Shown here: one piece after another, positions 29,301 through 42,292 of the stretch | Position numbering within the stretch: position 1 is the first letter of the stretch | Layout of the letters: each line of letters opens with the position of its first letter | Assembly (NCBI GenBank): GCA_951406725.2 | Contig: OX597815.1 | Coordinates: forward strand, 78,616,001 to 78,680,000 | DNA: 64,000 nt | DNA from: Octopus vulgaris | Taxonomy: Eukaryota | Direction: 5' to 3' | Notes under the pieces: generated by a model | Database searches by the model: none | Seen by the model: the letters and a program-made list of their open reading frames with translations, nothing else | What the model was told of the DNA's origin: nothing | Translations under genes and position numbers: made by a program

Positions 29301-32300
29301 TCGCTACAAGTGCCATGCAGAGGGATCCAATCCAAAGTCATGTGATTGTAAAGCAAACTTTTTAACCACATAGTGATACCTGTGTCTTATACATACATAT
29401 TGAAATCAAACTTAATTGCGAAGAGCTGTTGAGGCAAGTGAAATTGAAATCAAACTCGGTGACTGGCATCCGTTGCTAGTGGAGCGCTAAGAGTACCATA
29501 TGAGTGAGATTGTTGCCAGAGCAACAAGCTGGCCTCCATGCCAATGGCACATTAAAAACACCATTTGAGCATGATCATTACCTGCGTCGCCTTACTAGCA
29601 CTTGTGCTGGTGGCACATGAAAGAAAACATTTGAGTGAGGTCGTTGTCAGTGCCACTGGACTGGCTCCTGTGCAGGTGACACATAAAAAGCACCATTTGA
29701 GCGTGGCCATTGCCAGTACCACCTAACTGGCCCTCATGCCGGTGGCACGTAAAAGCACCCACTACACTCTCGGAGTGGTTGGCATTAAGAAGGGCATCCA
29801 GCTGTAGAAACTCTGCCAGATCAGATTGGAGTGTGGTGCAGCCATCTGGTTCACCAGACCTCAGTCAAATCGTCCAACCCATGCTAGCATGGAAAGCGGA
29901 CGTTAAACAATGATGATGATGATAAACAAACAAACAAACTTTTGTTTATGTTTCATTCATTAAACTGGAACCATTCTGAGGCACTGTCTTGAAGAATTTT
30001 TATATATAATTTTATATATAATTTGATCCAGTACTTATATATATTATTAGTATAAAATCAAAAAGAATAAGTGAACTTGCCATAAGTAGAAAATCCATTT
30101 CAGATAGAGAACTTCTTCAGGGAAGAGTTGAAAGGAAATTAATGAAACAGCAGAGTTTTACATCCTTTATGCTACAAAAACTGACTCTGCTTTCAACTTT
30201 TCCATAAAGGACTGTCCTAAATGTTACATTTTCGACTCCTTGCAACATGTTCAATGTACTCTTTTTATCAATTTTATTACATAATATAAGTCTTGCTGAG
30301 AGACTAAAACCAGCCTCTTAGGAGTCTAATGATCTCACTCTCTCATATATATATAATATAAAAACACACATGTACACAACTAGGACAGTGATATCTATTT
30401 ACAACATGATACACATTTGAGGGGTTTCTTTCAGCTTTCATCTACCAAAAGTCACAAGGCTTTAGTCGAATTAGGACTAATAGAAACTTGCACAGTAGGA
30501 CTGAACTCTAAGCTACATGGTTGGGAAGCAAGCTTCTCAATCACTCAGCCACATTTGTACATGTGTGCATGCACATGCACATGTGCACACAATTCAAAAT
30601 TAAATAAAAACAAGTATAGAAGTTCAAATCTTAACAAAATTATTAGCAGGAACTGAATTAGTAGAGAATCAATAGAAAATAAAATACCTCTAACTGTGCT
30701 ACACTGGAATTCTCTACCGGTGCTTCGCCATTGATAATTGCATTAGACTACAAAAAAAAAAAAAAAGAAAATTATATAGTAAGTAATTAGAACAATTTTT
30801 AGTAAGACTTGTTATTTATTAACACACTTTTGTGTTCAACTCTTCCTTTGTTTTAATAAATAAAAAGATTATCTTTAGTTTTTTCACCTAGAATAGCATT
30901 TCAACAGAATACCAAATTTTGTCAATTCCATACAAAGAAGGGCTGATATTTAAGATTCAGTACAGCTCACAAGAAAGGTTACCTGACTGTCATTTAGTGT
31001 AATTGAAGATAATAGCCAAACCAGTAGAAGTTTTAAGATTGGCAACTAATACAAGGAATAAAATCTTATTTGAAATTCTATAAATAAAAACAATATTTTG
31101 TTAAATATTAACTTATATTCACATCTTTAACTCACTACTAATGTTTTTTTTAGAAAACAACCTTGTAGTCTTTGGCAATTTTCCACAACTGAAATCTAAT
31201 AATAATTCTACCTAATTCATTTAAAACTGACAACATTTCTACTGCACCTCCAAGATTGGTGAAGTGAAACAGTGAGAAAAAATATATATAAATCTACATC
31301 AGTAAAATTGTAATTTTGCCAGAGAAGGAATTCATATAGCAGAATAAAACCAGCTCAGAAAATATCAATGAAATATTAACTTTCCATTATAAGAATAAAT
31401 TCAAAATTTTCACATTTATCCATCAAAAAGTTTAATATTGAAAAATATATGAAAAGAACGGGTTAAAGGATTTGGTAATTAAAATATCCTCAAGCAAAAT
31501 TCCAGTTTCAGCAGATTATAGGGAATGAGAAATTTAATCTCTCAAATACAATTACTTTATTTTTGTAGCATTTTCAATATTGCAACACAAAATGGTTATA
31601 TCTCTAAAGTTATTTACAAGAAAGAAAAAAAACAACCTATATTCAAATAAGCTGTTTTTTAAAATCTAATGTAATTAATATAATGACTGATAATGGTTGT
31701 TGATATTAAATATTTTACTACTGCTACTGCTAAGCTTTGCTCAAGCAAGAAAAAGTTATGGATGGCAGCTAATCAAATGCATAAAAGCAACACACAAGTT
31801 ATACATTCCGGATGCACCATACTTCAATACGAGTCAAAAATAGAAGCACTTACTTCATGAAGGAGGTCATTGATATGTTGTGACAGTTGATGCAGAGATT
31901 CTGTGGAAGCGGTTGGCCTGAGAAAGAAAAAGAAGTTTCACCATTTCAACAGATCTTAACATAGGTATACATATTATTTACATTTGACAGATAGTTGTCC
32001 TCATCTTGTTTGTTAACATGTTTCGGCTGATATACCTTCCAGCCTTCATCGGGTGTCTTGGGGAAATTTTGAACCTAGGTTCTCATTCTTGAGGTATTTT
32101 TTGATATTATTATTATTATTATTCAGGTCACTGCCTGGAATCGAACTTGGAATTAGCAGCCCACACTCTTAACTACTACGCCATATGCCCATGGGCAATT
32201 ATGGAGTGAATTTTAGGGTTCATAAATTTCCCATATGCTGTTCATATCTGCACTCGGTCTGCTTAGGAGGTTGTTGTGCCCTAGCATATGTGCTGCTGCT

Positions 32301-35300
32301 TTAGTTTTCATATTTTCCAGTGGTGTTCTCTGTCTATTATTTTAACTTCATCCCACAGGGGGAGGTGGAGTAGGCATTCATGATGTAATATAGTGTTATA
32401 CCATAAATCTATATCATAACTAGTTTATAGAGGACTTAAAGATTTCTTTTATGGTTCATATATTAATTCTTTAAAATATTAAGGATAGGTTAACATAACT
32501 GAAAATAAAAATTTAATAATTAATATTACAACATACCAAATCAATATTATTCAAGAACTGAACACTTATATTTTTTTCTTTTACTTGTTTTCATTACACA
32601 TATATTCTCACTTATCACTGATACACTAAATTTTGTGTTACTCTGTAATAACACAGACCAGTAATCAGTCAAAGATTCTACTTGGACTGCAAAAGCATGT
32701 CCTAGCAACCATCCACAATGCTCAGGACATTTTGGAGTCTTGGAATGAAGCATTTTTCCATCAGTTATCACTGATTCATTTAACATGGTAATTTTATTTT
32801 GGGTATAAATTAGTACAGATGTATTTCTGATTGTCACAAAAAAAAAGTTTAAAACTTTCTCTAAGGCATTTGTTTTAAACAAGTAAGCAATACCATAGAC
32901 TACAGTAGCAACACAGTGTAGTATACAACAGATTGTAGGGTAAATAGATCATCAGTTGGGAAGCCAAGGATTCAGTTGTTCAATCAACTGAATTACCACT
33001 CATTGAATTAATGTCTCAGTAGCTGAGTACTCCACAGGTATGTGTACCCTTAATATAATGCTCAGGCAGAATCAGCATAGCACCATGTGTAACAAGGCTG
33101 CATCTTTTAATTACAGGTACAAATCACCTATGAGGCTTTCACACAGTCTTATCTGCCCAATCGAAAGCTTGGGTTCACTCACGGCAAAAGTAAAAGACAC
33201 TTGCCCAAAGCCATTCAGTGGGATCAAACTGGGACCTCATGGTTGCAAAATGAATTTGTTAACCATTCAGCAATGTGGTGTCTACAGAGACTGCATGATT
33301 AATAAAATTTCACCACAAACAAATTTATAAGCAAGATTGTAAACTTTTACTACATTATAGATAACTTTAAAATTTTGGTGTAAGGCATTTTTTGTCCTTT
33401 ATTAGAAGAAATATAAAACATTTAAAAAATGTTATTCTTGTTTATCTTTTACTTGTTTTAGCCATGCTGAGGCATCACTGCCTTGAAAGGTTTAATCAAA
33501 TTGGCCTCAGTACTTATTCTACTGGTTTCTTTTATTGAACTGCTAAGTTACAGAAACATTAACAAACCAAACATCAATTGTCATGTATTGTGTGCAGGGA
33601 CAAAGACACATACAAACACACACACAACAGACCTGCTGCCTACCAAATTCACTCACAAGACATTGGTTGGCCTGAAGCTATGCTAGAAGATGCCCAAGAT
33701 GTCATGCAGTGGGACCAAACCCAAAATCACATGGTTTAGATGACAGGTTTCCATACAGTTTCCATCTATCAAATTCACTCATAAAGCATTGGTCAACCCA
33801 GAAGCTATATTAGAAGACACTTGCCGAAAGTGTCATGCAGTGAGACTGAATCGTAAATGACATAGTTGCAAGGCAAACTTTCATTTGTCCTTTTACTCTT
33901 GTCACACCACCTCCATAAACACTTTTTTTCAGTCAATATTGTTGAATAAAAAAAATAAATAAACTAGGTAGTGAGTGGTAAATGATTTGTTTACTTTTGT
34001 AATAAAAATTCAATAGGAAACTAAAATAGATAATATCAGATTGAGGTAATATCAAAATTAAATGATTAAAATGTAGTGATTGGAGTGGGTGGAGTAGACA
34101 TAGACAAGATTCTGTAGTAGGAAGAACAATCCATTTGAAAAGACAAATGCAATTAAAAATGTTTGTCATTTAAAAAAAAATTATCTCCATAAAAAAACAA
34201 AAATAAGCACAAGTTTCTTTGTGAAGAGTATTGATTTTGTTGCAGTAAATTAGGTGATACAGCTGGTATCATTAAAATAATTGTCTATTTTGTTGCCTTG
34301 AATTACAACAGTGTATACGGTTTTTCATGAGAATTTAACAGCATCAAATATCAACCAAATAGGCTAAACTCTCAACAGTTTCCACAGAGCAATGTAATAA
34401 GCTAAAAAACCAACTTTGTTCTGTTCAAAAACTAATTAACCTTTCAGTAACTTTATGGGAGAATTACAATTCTTGAATCACATTCAGACAATTTTATAGA
34501 TTCTATCATCTAATAATATTTTCAAATAAGATAATAGCCTTATGAAACTGTAAAAAACTGAACCTTGTTGTAATTTGCAACCCACACAAGTAATCAACTG
34601 CAATTATAACAACAAACAGTAAGGTGCTGTTACAATTATAGAGCTGATTAACATCAGCCATGAGCAGGCCAAAAAGCTAATTCATTTTCAGCTTGGGTGA
34701 AGTTAAAACCCTATTATCTTAATTAGAAATAATATTCCCAAACTTTTGTACATTTTCAGTTAGTATATAATTATGACAGTTTTACTGAGACAGTCAAGAG
34801 GAAGTAGAGTAATGATCAAAATGTTTGTCTCTGTGGTACTCAATGAGAATATGTCCGAAGCAGATACTATGATATTGATAATTACAATGTTAATAGAATA
34901 AGATGATTTGCATTTGTCTGTCTGATAACGCATGCAGGGACAGTAAAAAGAATGAGAGAGAGAGAGTTTATATAAAAGATGAAATTTTTAAAGAGACAGG
35001 CATAATAATACAATGTTGTTATGAAATCAGTTTTGAGGATTAAAATGAGATACCATGCAGATTCCATGCTTGGTATGATGAAAGGAAAAGTCAACGTGTT
35101 AAGAATTAAACATAGAAATATAAAGGATTAAACTTCAATTGAACCCAGTATTCTATAACTAAGTCAACACAAGGACCACCCACCCATGGAGAGGATTGTA
35201 TAAAAAAATGTGAGATCTACTCAGAGCTGACACTTATATCAAACACCAAAGATTAATTGGTAATATCCAACATGATGTAAAAAGAGTGAAACATTTTTTA

Positions 35301-38300
35301 GATATAAAAAAGAAAAAGGTTTCCTAATTCCAAATATTACTAGCAATTTAGATATCTCAGAATATTTTTTTGCATCCTTATCCATTTTGTATTGTTGTTT
35401 TATTCTTTATACTATAAGGTTAGTCAAGGTTTATTTATTATTATTCAATTATCTAAGCTATGATGATGATGTTAGAGGATGTTAAAATACTCCTAATAGA
35501 TGCAATTACTTTAAAGCATAATCTAATTATTAAAACTGCTTTAGTCTACAGTTTGCAATACATAATTAAGCACTTGTATCATGAAATACCACCATAAGTT
35601 TTTATAGGCTAGCCAGCAGTGAGGGAACAGTGCCTATAACCTTTGCACCACAACCCTCAAACAGACTAAGATTTATACAGTTGATGTTCCATTTTAATAT
35701 CTGTAGATTAATGTCAGTAAGTGTAATTTGTCAACGTACAAATATTAACAGCACTAAAATTATTGGGAGCTCTTCAATCATTTGCAGCAACATTTATTTA
35801 TTACTAGTATAAAAGATGGATCGGTTTTTTAAAAATATTTTTTACTTGTTTCATTTACTGGATTGCAGCCATGCTGGGGCACTGACTTGAGTTTAATCAA
35901 ACAAATTAACTCCAGTACTGGTTCTTTTTTTTTTTTTCTTTCTTTAAGTCTGATACTTTATTAGTCTCTTTGCTGAATCACTAAGTTATAGGGATGTAAA
36001 CAAACTTCATGTAGATCTCCACAGAGAACAACACAAACTTCATGCAGAAGGAGATCAAGTGAAAATCACATGAACTACAGCCAGAAATGGAAAATGAAAA
36101 TTGGAACATTGGAAATTAAACCTACGTCACATACTATTATAGCAGTAGTAAACTGCAACTACCATATATGTACATTATATATATATATATTTACACACAC
36201 ACGCGGTGTCACATAAAAGCGCCCATGTTGTACCAGGTAAAAGCACCTAGCACACACTGTAAAGTGGTTGACATTAGGAAGAGTATCCAGTCATAGAAAC
36301 CATGCCAAATCAGACTGGAGTCTGGTGCAGCTCCCCAGCTCTAGTCAAAGCACCCAACCCATGCCAGCATGGACAAGAGTTGTTATATGATGATGATACA
36401 CACACACATATACATACAGGAGCATACAAAAGAGCAGAAAAAGCAACAACTAGAGTTCCATGAAACTAGTGATAATCTGCATCGCAAAAATTAGTCACTG
36501 AATTTCTTAAGAGTAATTAAATCCATATACGAGAAGTTAACTTTTAGTTTAGTGCTTGTCCATTTTTCTATTTATTTCTCCAAAGGGTCTTACCTAGAAC
36601 CTCAAAATCCATCTCCTCTCACAGTATATAAACTATTCAACTTTATAAAAAATACAAAATTTTTTTCTTCTATTCTAACCTTCAGGTAAATTTAACTATT
36701 TTGTTACAGAGCAGTATTTCACAAATGTTGTTGCACAAATGCAGTTGCTTGTAAACTGGTCATTATCAATTATAATTCTCCTAATAGTTATCCTTAAATT
36801 AGTAGTAACACATATGGTTAAGTCATTTTTCAGAAAAATAACAAGCATCGTAGCTATAAAGATTATGAGAGAAAGTCTTTGGTAATCCTCGTTTATTAAT
36901 GCAAATTTTTACTGATGCTTCATTTTTTTAAATTAAAAAATGTCACTCCAAAAAGAAAAAAAAAATTATGTTTAAAATAATAAAAAGCAAACAAGTATAG
37001 TTTTGCATTATCATATATGTGTAATGATAAGGATCAAGTAAAATCTGAAAAATATAAACAGGATGAGTCCCTTGCATATAAACATATATATACAAACAGA
37101 CACTATGTTTTCTTATCTGGAGGCTAAGGATAAAAAAAAATGTCCTTTGATTAATGCTTCCCCACCTAACCCCAATGAATACACAAACTTATTTCACTAC
37201 TATAAGAACCAAGGAGGCGGAGAAGTCTAAGAAAAAAATATAGACACCTAAAGAATGTTGTTAACCAAGAAATAGTAACATTCTTGACCTATATTACCTG
37301 AGGACTCTATTGTTTGAACACCTTAGAAAAACACAGGGTTATTAGACAGAAGGTAGGTTAAGATAGAAAAGCAGTAGGCAGTATTTAGTTTCAGAATACT
37401 GGAACTAATTTTATTTTTTATTCTCCAACAATTATTTATTAGAAATAGATGTAAAAAAGTTGGATTTGTTTAAGTTGACATTGACATTCCTCACACACAA
37501 AAACGGTTTTATAGCTAGTCAGGAAAAATTACTGAAGAAAGGAAGAGCCAATAAGAGTTTCCATGCAAAGCATACTCATGTACCTCATTTTCAACATTTC
37601 TGAGAGCAATTGCTTCTTTGATTTATCTGATATTCTTTCAGGGTAACTGGACAATCAAACAAAATGAAAGCAGGGAAAAATTCAAATGAAATTATATTTA
37701 TGTAAGATATATATAAATATATCAGAAAAAGTATCAACAAAAAAATATGCTCTGATAGTTTCATCACAAGAAAATTTCTCAAACATATTTCTGGGTTATG
37801 TAAAAATATAAAGAATAAAATTTAAATGGTTTTTAAAAAAAGTGTTAATCAGTTAATATTTGTAAATCATAAAAATTCTACAAGATATATATTTAAACAA
37901 AAATAAAGCCAAATTAAGTCATGACAGGCTTCTTTTAGTTTCTATCGACCAAATCCACTCACAAAGCTTTGGTCATCCCAGGACTATAGTAGAAGACATC
38001 GAAGTTGTCATGTAGTGGGACTGACCCTGAATCTGTGTTTGCAAAGTGAACTCAACTACAGCCAACCCTGCACCAATACCTGAAACTTCATGGTTGCAAA
38101 ATAAACTTCTTCACCAGACAGCCATAACACTAAACAGTAATGCAAGGTGAACATTATTTCACATCTGTTTAATTTGCATAAATAGAGCTTTGTTGGTGAT
38201 TATTAATGGGACAAACAGCATTCAATTTCTGATCTACCTGAAGTGTAATGCAAGGTAATTTTTTTTTTTTTTGCTTGTTATTTCCAACACACCAAAGCTG

Positions 38301-41300
38301 TTGTATTGTAACAAATAAACAAAATGTCTCTCTTAATTGCAGCATTTGCCAATGTATAAGATGATCTTCTCATGTAAGATGCACTCTAAATTTACAAGAA
38401 CATGGGGGTGGGGTGGGGGTATTACATATTTAGAGAAAGTGATTTTAGAGCGGTTTTGAGAGAAAAAAATTTGGTGCAAATAAATGCAACATATACTGGA
38501 ATCAAGAACAAAATCATAGCATACTAGATTTGAAAAGAAAAATTTACTATAGATGGACAAAAATATCAGTAAATAATGGAACATGCATACAAAGTAAATA
38601 TCACCATCATTGTTTTGAAATCTACTTTCCATGCCAGCATGGTTCGGGTGGAATTCACTGAAAGCAACTTTTCTATGGCTGAACAGCCTTTCTGTCACCA
38701 ACTGCTTCCAAGCAAGGTAGCATTTCCATATATCTGGACAGGTTTTCACAGAAGATATGAAACAAAAAATACTGCTTGTACAACAATCATGCTCATTTGC
38801 AACTTTTGCATGATGCCAAAACAAGGAGACACAGAGCCACATGCATGCACACATATACACAGAACTTCTTTCAGTTTCTCCTAGCAAATTCACTCACAAG
38901 GTTTTGGTGTACCTGAGGTTATATTACAAAACACTTGCCCAAGGTGCTATGCTTAGTGATAAAAAAAAATATGGTGCTAGTGCATGCAAACAAATATTTT
39001 ATTAATATTAGTACATGAAACATTTGTACATAAGGCAGAATTGTAACAGCACAGAGCAAAATATACAATAAATGTAGCATGAGGCTGTCGACAGTCTCAT
39101 GCTACTCTTTCCCATAAATGCAGTTATATTACAGCCACAGAAAAAAAAATGACAAATTAAAGCAAACTTTTTAGTCCAGCTGGAGACATCATCTAATGTC
39201 ATCCATTGTTCATAAAATATCACCCAGACCATACTGTAAAGCAATTATGATGTGGAGGCATCTAGCCATGGAAACCATGCCATAAACAATGGTAATGGCA
39301 TTGACTACTTTTTTTCTTTCTTACTGAGTGTGCCAGATGACCAAGGACCATGACATGTAGCAGGATGTCATGAGACCCATTTCACCTATGCAAGCACAAG
39401 AAATGTGTTATATGATGATGATGATCTCAGCATACCTCTAACATCTTTAAACAATTTAACCATTTACACTACTATATCAATCCGATCGTGGCCGTTCGCC
39501 AGCCTCATCTGGCACCTGTGTCGGTGGCACATAAAAACACCATCCGAAGACCCGGCGACGTAGTCAGTCCACCTGTGCATACCTTCCTACTTATGACACT
39601 TGTGAAGACCTGTTGAGGCAAGTGAAAATCAAAATCAAATCAAATCAAATCAAACCAAATCAAAATAGATGAACATCAATGGAATTTGTATCTTTGTGGT
39701 ACCAGTACCGGTGGCACACAAGAAAACCATCCGAACGTGGCCGTAGCCAGTACCGCATCGACTGGCCTCTGTGATGTGGGCACATAACAAACACCATCCG
39801 ATCGTGGCCGTCCGCCAGCCTCATCTGGCACCTGTGTCGGTGGCACATAAAAACACCAACCGAAGACCCGGCAAGACTAGTCAGGCCATAACCCATGGCC
39901 CCTACTTGGGACGTAGTCAGTCCACCTGTGCATACCTTCCTTCCTTCTTGTGACACTTGTGAAGACCTGTTGAGGCAAGTGAAAATCAAATCAAATCAAA
40001 TCAAAATAGATGAACATCAATGGAATTTGTATCTTGTGGTACCAGTGCCAGTGGCACACAAGAAAACCATCCGAACGTGGCCGTAGCCAGTACCGCATCG
40101 ACTGGCCTCCGTGCTGTGGGCACGCAACAAACACCATCCGATCGTGGCCGTTTGCCAGCCTCATCTGGCACCTGTGTCGGTGGCACATAAAAACACCATC
40201 CGAAGACCCGGCAAGACTAGTCAGGCCATAACCCGTGGCCCCTACCTGGGACGTAGTCAGTCCACCTGTGCATACCTTCCTTCTTGTGACACTTGTGAAG
40301 ACCTGTTGAGGCAAGTGAAAATCAAAATCAAATCAAATCAAAACAAATCAAAATAGATGAACATCAATGGAATTTGTATCTTTGTGGACCAGTGCCGGTG
40401 GCACACAAGAAAATCATCCGAACGTGGCCGTAGCCAGTACCGCATAGACTGGCCTCCGTGCTTTGGGGACGTAACAAACACCATCCGATCGTGGCCGTCC
40501 GCCAGCCTCATCTGGCACCTGTGTCGGTGGCACATAAAAACACCATCCGAGCGTGGCCGTCTGCCAGCCTCGTCTGGCACCTGTGTCGGTGGCACATAAA
40601 AACACCATCCGAGCGTGGCCGTTCGCCAGCCTCGTCTGGCACCTGTGTCGGTGGCACATAAAATCACCCACTACACTCTCGGAGTGGTTGGCGTTAGGAA
40701 GGGCATCCAGCTGTAGAAACACTGCCAGATCTGACTGGCCTGGTGCAGCCTTCGGGCTCCCCAGACCCCAGTTGAACCGTCCAACCCATGCTAGCATGGA
40801 AAACGGACGCTAAATGATGATGATGATGATGATGAAGACTAAATTTACTTAGATATATTTAATGAAATAAGTCATCAAACTAGTTTATAATTTCTCACTA
40901 TGTTAATATTTTCAAATGAATTTGTCTAGCAGCAATGTTATGTGTAGTCATTAATGAGTATTTTTTTCTCACCCAAAAGCTGAAAGATCATAAACAAATG
41001 ACTATTGTCAAAACTGCATAACTTTCTCTCATTCCATTTAAGCTGCATATTGAATACAGCTTTGTTTAATAACCTTATAACAGACAAAAACAGCTTCAAA
41101 AGCATTCAATTTAGAACAGAAACACCACAATTTTCTTTTTAATACACATGCATGCATTTCAGCACAAACAAAATATTCAAAGCCACATTCCCTAACTTTT
41201 TCAAATTTAAAACATCTGGATCCCTAGAACACACACACAGTTCATTTTGAACATAAACTAACAGTTGATTGCATCTTTGATGAAATACATATCAAAAATA

Positions 41301-42259
41301 TTGTCATTCATGGATAAGTAATTTTGAAGTAATGATGCTAAAATCTTGTCAATATCCTTATATTTTACTTCTATGCGAAGTAAATTGCTTATTTCAGGCA
41401 GTAATCAATTCTTCATTACTTACTGAATAGTCAACACTATTTCTCTTTATAAGGTAGGAGCACCCATGATTACATGGTTATCAAGCTACTTTCAACAACT
41501 ATATGGTTTCAGTTTTAGACTCAATGCTTGGCATCACAAGAAGCAAGTGTCTACTACAGCCTTGGGCTGACAATACCTCATAAACTGAAGTGGTAAGCAG
41601 AAACGATGAAGGAGAGAAAGTGTGTGTGTGTGTGAGAGAGAGAGAGAGAATTCTGCATGCCCATATGAAACACTGCTTGGGCAATAAACAGTGACATCAT
41701 TTATATTCTCCAATAAACAATTGTCTCATACTTCAGAAGAGATGTGCAGAGAAGTAAATTGAAAAATACCTTGCTTTAGAAGACAAGTAGGGCTTTGGCG
41801 TTAGGAAGAGCACTCAGCTGTAGAAAATCTGCCTCAACGAGTTTTCACTACGCCATACTGGCACAGAAAAATGGATAAAAGATGATAGTACCCAACCTAT
41901 CAAGAATCACAGCTGGTCGTGGCTAAAATACTGGTCTACCAGTTGGAAGGCAGTTAGCTCATGCCATCATGAATATGTATCTATTGCAAATGTACTTTAA
42001 TAGTTCAGTCTACCTAACTGTAAATATGCACCAGGGAGATCTAGAGTTCAACTGTATATTTACCAAGATAATGTATAATTGATATGTCATTTTGCAGTGA
42101 TGGGCTGGAGAGAGATTTCACATCTTGGTCCTTCCAGTCATGACTACCTAGATATGAAGTTCACTGCTGAACCATATCATTTCAAGTTCAGTACCCAGCT
42201 TGGACAAGTGTCTTCTACCATAGCACTGAGCTTGCCGATGCTTTATGAGTGGATAAAAA

Positions 42260-42292
<33 letters not shown>

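Noticed and set aside
36594-36640. Extra GM130 exon ending TAG|gtaaga
   Set aside because: Both available acceptors give in-frame stops in the required phase 2.
38333-38893. 186-aa minus-strand ORF
   Set aside because: It runs through two SINE-type repeats and low-complexity intron, with no recognisable domain or fitting splice context.
39480-40834. CRISPR-like or novel repeat-spacer array
   Set aside because: The units are wholly repeated with no unique spacers and are homologous to the RTE LINE 3' end. The context is eukaryotic with no cas genes.
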